From the IMG/VR virus record IMGVR_UViG_3300025684_000014, positions 1 to 64,000 of that record: a stretch of DNA of 64,000 bases; one strand, given 5' to 3'. Under the pieces are notes generated by a model. It made no database searches and was not told the origin of the DNA. It was given only the letters and a program-made list of their open reading frames with translations. Source of the DNA: a virus. A program made the translations under genes and the position numbers. How positions within the stretch are numbered: the stretch's first letter is position 1; each line of letters starts with the position of its first letter. Positions 39,301-46,005 of the stretch are shown piece by piece.

Positions 39301-42300
39301 CAAGGGTCAGGGTCCAGTCGGCTACATGGCCAACATCTGTACCATTCTGATGGCGACCTTCCAAAAGGTTGACAATGGGAATGGCGGGATGGCTTATGAA
39401 AACGATTGGGTTGAGCGCCTTCAAGCCACACTCAACCTCATGCAACAGACGTCAATCGATCTCCAAAAGAGGATCTACTTGACGATCTGCCTCATGAGGT
39501 GGACCAAGGGTGACCTCCGCAAGGAGAAGCTGGACGGTCGTGGTCTTGTGCCTGGGTACGACTTCCCTGGCCTCGCACACGACTTCAACCCGAACGGCTT
39601 CCACCCTGAGAGCTTCAGCTCAGACGAGTACAAGGCAGCCTTGACTCAGGTTGAGATGCCCCACGTCCCAAGCCACTGGGTCTCAGGTGAGAGTTTCCCT
39701 GTTTGCACTGACAACGACAGTCAGTATGCAATCAGGGCGATTGGCTCTTGGTTGATCTGGGAGGTTTTGAGCCTCATTGTCACAGGTAAGCCTGCTGACT
39801 GGGGCGATGTTGCTGATGACGCGAAGGGCGGCCTTGATCCCTGGAGCGTGAGCAGCGAGTTTATCGGTGAGGATGGTCCTGACTTTGAGGCTTTTGCCAA
39901 GAAGTACGCCCTTACCGACGAGCAACATGCTCAGGTTCTCAACGCCTGGCGCAAGAGCCCTTCCGAGCTGTACAGCTGGAAGACGCAAGGCAAGGACGAG
40001 CCATTCGTCCAGAGAGCGCCTGCGGCTCTTGAGCTCAACCATGAGATCGCTATGCGCCTCAAGGAGAGCTACAAGCCCTCTGGCGAGGTGAAGGTTCACT
40101 TCCGCGAGGTTGAGGCCGAGATCAAGCGTCTCTTCTCCACTGACTTTGCTGGACAGGAGTGGCGTGCGCGCAAGTTTGTAGATACCCTCATCGACGGTTT
40201 CTATCTCGAGGCTGCGCTCGCTAACAACAATAAGGCAACCTCAGAGCGATTCCAAAACTCTGAGGAGCGCTCAGGGGTCGAGGCTCTTGGCTATATCCTT
40301 GAGTCGCTTGAGAACAGCTTTACGGCTTCTACAGGGGCTACAAAGGCTGACATCAAGCTGGCTCGTGCTTTTGCGGCTGCTCTCAACCCCCGTGAGCGTC
40401 GCGACAACAAGGCTCGCGAGATCGGTGTCTTCGTGATGCTCATTTCTTGGTGGACGTTAGAGTACGCAAACCAGGAGTGGATCGACCTTATCCAGCGGAA
40501 CATCACTCCTGAGGAGGGGGACAAGACTCCTAAGTACAAGGTCGCGATGGCTAAGTACGGGGTCGACGAGGCAACCGCCAAGAAGATGGTGAATGCCAAG
40601 CACTCAAAGACGATTGCGCCTGAGCTCCTCAAGTTCATCAAGGGACTCGTCAATGAGCACTTCTCGGTTAACGCTGAGAAGATGGAGGCTAAGGCCACCT
40701 GGCTCGTCGATGATGCTCTGAGCGCAGCCGTCAAGGCGATCGAGAACACAGAGATCGTGATGGCTAAGCGTGACGTCCTCAAGGAGGTCAAAGAGGCGAC
40801 CATCCGCTGGACCGACATGCGTGACAGTTGGGACCAGCGTCGTGTTGCTGTTGAGATCCTCCTCGCGGCTACAGGCTGGTTTGAGGCTTCGTGGTTTGAG
40901 GCTATGAAGGACGAGCTCAAGATGATGGCTTCCCAGACTACCAAGACTGTGGGTCAAATCCGTAAAGAGCTCAAAAACGCTGCTCCCGACGCTGACGTCG
41001 CGGCTCTCAAGACTGAGCTCAAGGTTGCATCAAAGGCTTCTTCTGCAAAGAAGTTGCTTGCGATGCTGGCTGATGATAGCCTCGGCTATGTCACTATCCT
41101 CAACGCGCTCTGTAACCCAAAGCAGAATCCTCTTGCGCGTGAGTTTGTCACCACAATGCTCGACAACAGCGGTCCTATCGTGAACGTTGAGCGTGCGTGG
41201 CAACGTGCGGATGATCTCGGCTGTGACAAGTCTGACGTCCGCGACTGGACCTGGGAGCTCGGTGACTGGGTGACTCACAAGGGCAAAGGCACCGACCCCA
41301 ACACGGGGATGCCACGTCAGAACAAGACAGTACTCTACGCGCACTCACGCGTCGAGTGGTCTTTGACTGACACGGCCACTGCACGCTTTACGCGTATTCT
41401 TCTCGAGGGTGGTGTGAGCATTTACAAGCTCACCAAGGTGCCTGCTCAGAGCTTCAAGACCTGGCGTTACTTTGACGCTTTCGTCTATGAGGCAGAGCGT
41501 ACGCCCGATTACTCCCTGGTCCATGGTGTCGGTCACCTCGTCAGCCTTGCTATCCCTACCCAAAAGCAGGCCGACGAAGAGCGTTACCGCCGCATGGCTC
41601 ACCTCGGTCACCTCGAGTGGGCTTGCCAAGCGTGGACTGATGTCGACCCCACGCTTAGCCAGGCAGACGTGCGCTATCACGTTGAGGGTCTCCGTGAGGA
41701 GATTGATCGCGTCGAGGCTCTCAAGGACAACGCCCTCATGGTGAGCTGGGGTCACCTGCTTAGTCCTATTACTTGGGGCATGCAGATCCATAGCTGGGCT
41801 GGCAAGCTGACCAAGAAGGCCATTAACGGTCGTGCTTGGGCTGCACTTGCACAGCTTGGCAAACGCGACCCCGCCTACCACGACCAGCCCAAGGTCAACA
41901 ACCTCGGGGCTGAGATCGTGACCACCGAGCTCAAGGCCCTTAACTCCAATGGCAACCACATGCCATTCAAGCGCAACTTTGGTCCTCGTAACCAAAGCCA
42001 GGCTCTTCAAAGGGCTAAGCGCATGGCGGGCAAGAACGAGGGTGAGCTTGACGACACCACCGACCTTGTGCCCTTCACCTTCGGTGATGACGAGAACACC
42101 CAGCACACTTACGCTGAGTGGCTCGACTTTATCGAGGGTGTAGCCGCCAACGGCACTGGTCCTGCTAGCGCTATGGTCCTGGCAGGCCTCTGGTACGGTG
42201 CTCATGGTGGGCGTATTGCCGCTCTGGATCCCAACGGCTCAATCTTCTCCAAGGAGATTGCTGAGAAGATCCAAAAGCGTCTCTTGCGCTGCCCCGCCTA

Positions 42301-42427
42301 CGAGGTTCGCCTCCACATTGAGGACCTCCTCAAGGGCGAGTACGTCGCTCCTGTTAGCAAGCCAACTGACAAAGAGAGCGCGGAGGCCTTCTTCGCCGTG
42401 CTTCGCCGTAAGGCTGGCCTCGCTTAA
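36326..42427 (+). CDS. single-subunit double-psi-beta-barrel RNA polymerase (YonO / eukaryotic RdRP-like) with N-terminal hydrophobic helices
   Basis: Motifs in the expected order: G.G..IS, Q.R...KG, KNP, LAGDDDGD (GDDDGD at 39077-39094), VG.MAN, SIDLQK. AAGGAG SD before ATG 36326 (2033 aa). Confidence 0.8.
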   Translation: MSNLNKPRKTAFDRLSAEQQLNWQKISVACENDEGCTAPLARKSKKVVKVPRPKRRQAQRAAKRVERQNRLESTINNLSTTSEGPSALKALFEGLMVSVLVIGMVMGFFALTNDTNTQSIGFDNGGVYAVNSGSSVKNADITSRQGAVNAIDTIDLALDLAIKHAPSQSADLGALGLPPRRRNDFEGDAPLNPMKGDHLQKFWKNYLHERAIFESKQTYARRKRALIARLKRAQKQAAAAHAKKMNAHANILTGQLCYLSKRAQEHSDEDLLIQVNKAFELAQAAKSEEEIIDLVRALEREINGDLWRFDNTIYFQYECDARRSAGTSDQTGKKEKKTLRKAFVFAIKLIAAMIIFKLLQGFFPEDSFGLIFVAVVGGTDVPTDFVGDDLETVAEKLQPHSNLGQALASIERRMGHLPMSTMTLLPGGDGAPKVIFKTNGRDNIGLVPFAQAFGLEALGEDDVLLIEANGVQQDAINEACQAFVQKGYRPVGTRMLIKAFNDDGTRALGADYIEAIDVFLGKMVDVRSYFSLGSAPALKTFTLDDDIYTEREGEDEGRKVLWFTGKAKHIFADLDGVEGGLPISEKAMEAIFGSKNPGQPRLIVKLCDGVAAMVKGNFAPMAVRAFLQADGSWKFLTRAHFENTDEGKAEWRKGYDFVFIEDDTPKGRGKDQLKTEDIKLFDANGKISGWLIAQAKNEQGKSLVSYQVLALVAKSAGLDAIAAHMESLISNSVQKSVDQVERDLDKLDIPGATVSDLEKFKELLSAIAPGSARQTRKNHLGFGAEVFTGYIHMNVLIKKGTIVVGDGFGLNNRAMVKRRGKFGAEDACGGKNPILDHQQTWVGKLIRIGDVQKLRESLDNGKPLSDEEKAFAADLFGADKLDKVIWMTEQIKWVLSFAPALTRGSILMNAEDVADLAGDDDGDQLWFSFGDERILEVFRLIKDQAQGNTLYAIENNKGAQLPSETGARDFKDLLTAEGDELTALCRFIMAPNKGQGPVGYMANICTILMATFQKVDNGNGGMAYENDWVERLQATLNLMQQTSIDLQKRIYLTICLMRWTKGDLRKEKLDGRGLVPGYDFPGLAHDFNPNGFHPESFSSDEYKAALTQVEMPHVPSHWVSGESFPVCTDNDSQYAIRAIGSWLIWEVLSLIVTGKPADWGDVADDAKGGLDPWSVSSEFIGEDGPDFEAFAKKYALTDEQHAQVLNAWRKSPSELYSWKTQGKDEPFVQRAPAALELNHEIAMRLKESYKPSGEVKVHFREVEAEIKRLFSTDFAGQEWRARKFVDTLIDGFYLEAALANNNKATSERFQNSEERSGVEALGYILESLENSFTASTGATKADIKLARAFAAALNPRERRDNKAREIGVFVMLISWWTLEYANQEWIDLIQRNITPEEGDKTPKYKVAMAKYGVDEATAKKMVNAKHSKTIAPELLKFIKGLVNEHFSVNAEKMEAKATWLVDDALSAAVKAIENTEIVMAKRDVLKEVKEATIRWTDMRDSWDQRRVAVEILLAATGWFEASWFEAMKDELKMMASQTTKTVGQIRKELKNAAPDADVAALKTELKVASKASSAKKLLAMLADDSLGYVTILNALCNPKQNPLAREFVTTMLDNSGPIVNVERAWQRADDLGCDKSDVRDWTWELGDWVTHKGKGTDPNTGMPRQNKTVLYAHSRVEWSLTDTATARFTRILLEGGVSIYKLTKVPAQSFKTWRYFDAFVYEAERTPDYSLVHGVGHLVSLAIPTQKQADEERYRRMAHLGHLEWACQAWTDVDPTLSQADVRYHVEGLREEIDRVEALKDNALMVSWGHLLSPITWGMQIHSWAGKLTKKAINGRAWAALAQLGKRDPAYHDQPKVNNLGAEIVTTELKALNSNGNHMPFKRNFGPRNQSQALQRAKRMAGKNEGELDDTTDLVPFTFGDDENTQHTYAEWLDFIEGVAANGTGPASAMVLAGLWYGAHGGRIAALDPNGSIFSKEIAEKIQKRLLRCPAYEVRLHIEDLLKGEYVAPVSKPTDKESAEAFFAVLRRKAGLA

Positions 42428-42502
42428 TTAATAATCCTGGCGTGATGCACTATCCAAATATCTAGCCGTCTTTTTCGGTGAGATAAGTGTGTTGCGTCAG
42501 GG

Positions 42503-42566
42503 CGTGTCAGGTCGGAGCAATTCTGCCGAGATCTCTGATGAGTATGTCTCAGGACAACGAAACACG
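42503..42566 (+). ncRNA. hammerhead ribozyme HH4 (type III)
   Basis: CGTG-TC, cut after 42508; AGGTC...GATCT; CTGATGA; GT-a-TGTC-tcag-GACA-AC; GAAA-CACG. Confidence 0.88.
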
Positions 42567-42604
42567 AATCAGCAGCTCAAAATACATTCATAAGGAGAAT
42601 AAAA

Positions 42605-43096
42605 TTGAGCGATTTCGATAAGCTCCTTGCCGCCCTCATGGCGGGGGGTTCGACTGTCAACGTGACCGTAATCAACGCGGTACACCCTGGCGGTGTAGTC
42701 AACATCAAGAACGGGTGCGTTGATGTTGAAAAGTCTAATGCACCCACCCCTAAGAAGGCTCAGGGGGAGAAGAAGAGCCAGGAGGAGCCACTCCACGATG
42801 ACCACACCTCTGCAGCTGAGGATGCTGTTGGTGGGGGTGACGAGGCTCCAATCGACACCACCCCCGCTGAGCGGAATCGCGGTGGTGGTACTCCAGAGGG
42901 GTCACCGCTCCTCGCTCAGGTGAAGGGCAAGCTCCTCGCCTTGAGTGAGGAATTGACGAACAGGGTTGTCAGCCATATCGATCGCATCAGCTCGCTGAGC
43001 AAGGACGATCTCGAGAAGATCGCTGCGATTGAGGACAGTGACCTCGACAACCTCGACGAGATCCTCGACAACCTCTTTCCTGACCTTGCTTCTTAA
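42605..43096 (+). CDS. hypothetical acidic protein
   Basis: TTG start with an AAGGAG SD; island codon usage. Confidence 0.65.
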   Translation: MSDFDKLLAALMAGGSTVNVTVINAVHPGGVVNIKNGCVDVEKSNAPTPKKAQGEKKSQEEPLHDDHTSAAEDAVGGGDEAPIDTTPAERNRGGGTPEGSPLLAQVKGKLLALSEELTNRVVSHIDRISSLSKDDLEKIAAIEDSDLDNLDEILDNLFPDLAS

Positions 43097-43251
43097 ACAA
43101 GGTTAACTTTAAACTCATCATACACTATCACTCCTAAATCATTATAATATGGTGATAACGACTCCGCCAAACTCCGCCAAGCGGAGCTTGGCACCCCTGT
43201 CGGGGTGAGGAAATGGAGGGCTCTGCCCCCCAAACCCCCCGTGTTGTAGGG

Positions 43252-43714
43252 GTGAGGTGATGTATGGTGAAAGGAAATCAGTATGTCTGACACAACTTTC
43301 GACCCAAAGTTGCTCTGTTTTATTTCCCCCTCGGGGGAGTTTCAAGCACTAGCTCCTCTGATCGCACTTGTGCGTGATGAGCAGCTCGTTTTCCAGGCAA
43401 ACCGGCCTCTTTTGGAGGGGTTCGGGTGCCAAAGCGATGAGCAGACCAAGCAGGGATTCGACTTTCTCAAGTCAATCTCTCTCTCGTCCACTTTTAATTC
43501 ATGGGCGAATGAGGAAGAGGGGTCCTCCGGGATTTCGTCTAAGTCACTGGTCGCGTCGGCAACGACGCCCGGTGCAATCCTGACCCTCGTGGGCCTTCTA
43601 AGGAGTCATCCTGACGCTTCGGCGTCAGGAACCTTGACCGTCAACTACGCCAACCCCGCGCGCCGCGCAGGGGTGGGGCGTCCCCGCTAACTAAACCCCC
43701 ATACATCACCTCAC
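43252..43714. repeat. 16-bp perfect inverted repeat enclosing the 135-aa ORF
   Basis: GTGAGGTGATGTATGG (43252-67) and CCATACATCACCTCAC (43699-714). Confidence 0.85.
43283..43690 (+). CDS. hypothetical protein
   Basis: 135 aa with an AAGGA SD. Confidence 0.6.
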   Translation: MSDTTFDPKLLCFISPSGEFQALAPLIALVRDEQLVFQANRPLLEGFGCQSDEQTKQGFDFLKSISLSSTFNSWANEEEGSSGISSKSLVASATTPGAILTLVGLLRSHPDASASGTLTVNYANPARRAGVGRPR

Positions 43715-43829
43715 ACCGCTTAGCGCGTTCTTTTCCGTAAGGAGACGAGACGCTGAGTGGCACCTCTTTGAGTAGAGGGGCGTAGGATAAGCGTTAAAAG
43801 CGTAATCCTTGGTCGCCTAGACCTAAACT

Positions 43830-43894
43830 CGTCCCCCTAAAGCAGAGTAAAATCTGTGGATGGGGCTGATGTGGCTCTTTCGGGAGCCGAAACG
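43830..43894 (+). ncRNA. variant hammerhead ribozyme HH5 (type III, core CUGAUGU, short stem III)
   Basis: CG-TC, cut after 43833; CCCC...GGGG; CTGATGT; GGCTC-tttcgg-GAGCC; GAAA-CG. Confidence 0.55.
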
Positions 43895-44895
43895 CATCAG
43901 TAGTCACCGTTGATGACTTTAAACTCAACCCCTGTGAGTTAGGGCAAAATACTTGCTACCTTTAGGGGTAGCGCCTCAGTGTGTGTGGGTGAACCACCAT
44001 CGCACATAGAAGGAAGCAGTGTAGGTACTGTGACCTGATGAGGTAAAAACGGTTGGCAACCATGTTGCTGGGCACCTATGCCTCACACTAGCTATCCTAC
44101 AATAGCTAAGAGAAAAATAGGGAGGTTAAATCACCTCGGTCTTTTTTAAAGGTTGAAGAATGGGGTTAGCGATTATAGACATGATCGTGAAGCTCAATGC
44201 GCTATGAAGGGAACATAGTAGCGCGACTCGTTGTGAGTATAAAAACCGAAAGCGGAAATCCTAGGTATCCGTAAGTAGAAGAAGAATGTCTCAGGTTGTT
44301 GAAACTGACCTGGATTACTTTGGATTGATCCCCAAAGAATTAAATAGTCAGCGGCTAGCATAGTATGCCGCGATCTTGGATTGGAACCCCAAGATCAAGG
44401 AGTTGCTTGTAACTTCATCACTACCTTATAAGGGGCAATTCTGGAAGCTTTTCCAGAGCTGATAGATTGTCTTTTATAGGGTAGGCATCACAAGATCGAC
44501 ATTGTTGGGCACGGCAATGTTTAAAGATTAGCAACTATTAGTTGTTATAGTGTCCTGCCGTAGACCGATTACTGTAGAGTAATCATCATAGGCGGGGTAG
44601 GGACGGTATCTGTGGATACTATAACCCTTCAATTTTATGCCCCTTCAGACTGGCTACTTCTTCGTAGTTAGGGGACAGGCAATGCACTTTAGTGTAGCAG
44701 AGGCCAGTCAGCCGGTGATAGGTATGCCGGTGGTGATTTTGAGGTTAATCGTACTCAAACTCAAGAACCAAGACACCTGCGGGGACATAACTCCCTTTGA
44801 TCGTTGACCAGGCGATCAGCTATCTACGGATAGGCACATTGGGCGACTGCAGGCATGTAGTCTAGAAGTGAATGCTAAGTACATCCCTCACACAC
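43895..44895 (+). ncRNA. large, densely structured non-coding RNA (unassigned)
   Basis: No ORF of 60 aa or more on the plus strand; tandem pseudoknots at 43902-43956, 44089-44122 and 44500-44555; 19-bp helix 44421-39/44466-84 with 4 G-U pairs; many further hairpins. Confidence 0.65.
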
Positions 44896-44909
44896 GAAAG
44901 AAGGTCGTC

Positions 44910-45026
44910 ATGACTGGTATCGTGGAGTGTACATCAGGCTTCCGCGTCTTTTGGCGCGGTTGCCTGATCGGTGCGTTTGCCTCTTTTGAGGTGGCGCACC
45001 GTGAGCTCCTCTCTATCTCAGAGTAA
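44910..45026 (+). CDS. small protein, 38 aa (not in the ORF track)
   Basis: AAGAAGGTCGTC-ATGACT start context nearly identical to that of 33350; island codon usage. Confidence 0.55.
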   Translation: MTGIVECTSGFRVFWRGCLIGAFASFEVAHRELLSISE

Positions 45027-45483
45027 AATCTGAGTAGGGAGTGAGCTTCTCCTGAGCATGACGTTAAAAGGCTCAACATGCTTTGGCTGACAGTATCGAC
45101 TGTTGACTCGAGCAAAATAGTGTCTCTTTTAGAGAGGAGATGCTATTTAGTCTTACGGCTCTTTATTTAAGGAGACGTTAAGGCAAGCCCTTTTATCAGG
45201 GTATAGGTTATAGGTGAGACACCGAGCCTAGTAGAATATATATTCTATGAAGTTACGTTTAGTAACAAAAAAGTTCACCATGGCAGGGTAAGTAAAAGCC
45301 CGGTGAGGAAGGTAAGCTTCTTAATATGTCATTTATGGCCACCAAGGTTGGTGCCAGAGGGTTCTAGAGTCCACTACGTGCGAAGTTACAGCTAGTACGC
45401 AGTGAACTCATTCAAAGAGACTGTAATCTCTTTGCTCTGGTAGCCGGTTCAATCCCGGCATGGTTATTTAACGCACCCCGTAG

Positions 45484-45590
45484 CTGGGGTCGAAACACAG
45501 TCTTTCTCGGATGTAGGAGAGAGTTAATAGGAGTCGCGTACCTATTGTTAAAACTGTGTCGGGCTAGCTTAGGCCCCTGAAGAGAACCAG
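45484..45590 (+). ncRNA. hammerhead ribozyme HH6 (type II)
   Basis: CTGG..TC-GAAA-CACAGT...ACTGTG-TC, cut after 45560; GGGCT...GGCCC; CTGAAGA-GA-a-CCAG. Confidence 0.85.
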
Positions 45591-45636
45591 ACATCCCGCC
45601 TTACTTCAGCCTCGTTGCATATAAAGGAGAAATACT

Positions 45637-46005
45637 ATGCAATTCCTTAACATCTCTAACCACCCCGTAGAGGGTTGGTCAGCGTCACAGCGCGAGGCGG
45701 CCCTCGCGCTCGCTCCTGAGGCTGACTTGCTCGATGTTGATTTTCCAACCCTCGACCCTCAGTGGTCGAGGGTAAAGGTCAAGGTGAAAGCGATCGAGTT
45801 TATAGACGATCTCGACCCTCGGCCTGGCGCGAGGGCAATGGTAGCGGGTGAGGAGCCTATAATGTGTTTCTACCTCGTGCGTGAACTCCAGGCACTCGGG
45901 GTGGCCTGCTACAGCGCGACCACTGAGCGCGTGGTCGAGGAGCGCGACGGTGTAAAAACCTCGCGCTTCTCATTTGTGCGCTTTCGTGAGTGGCCTGCTC
46001 TCTAA
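45637..46005 (+). CDS. Csx20-like putative cyclic oligoadenylate ring nuclease (candidate anti-type III CRISPR)
   Basis: N.SNHP...WS..Q..AA, D..FP..DP, V.GE, ATTER, F.FVRFRE pattern of the Csx20 family; strong AAAGGAG SD. Confidence 0.6.
   Translation: MQFLNISNHPVEGWSASQREAALALAPEADLLDVDFPTLDPQWSRVKVKVKAIEFIDDLDPRPGARAMVAGEEPIMCFYLVRELQALGVACYSATTERVVEERDGVKTSRFSFVRFREWPAL

Noticed and set aside
36896-39445. 849-aa antisense ORF inside the polymerase (and similar ones such as 41345-42205)
   Set aside because: It is in codon register with the sense gene, which avoids TTA/CTA/TCA, so antisense stops are missing by construction. It has no motifs, so it is a shadow ORF rather than ambisense coding.
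43116-43714. Retron or IS element suggested by the inverted repeats
   Set aside because: No reverse transcriptase or transposase motifs in the window and no target-site duplication seen
44225-44250. Pistol ribozyme-like ACTCG...GAGTATAAA
   Set aside because: Loop too short for the pseudoknot, and no downstream P2/P3 elements found
44035-44310. Seventh hammerhead at CTGATGA 44035
   Set aside because: No GAAA / stem III / NUH combination gives consistent pairing. The motif instead sits in a small ACCT-GATG-AGGT hairpin.
43691-46005. CRISPR array near the Csx20-like gene
   Set aside because: No regularly spaced direct repeats seen here or elsewhere in the window
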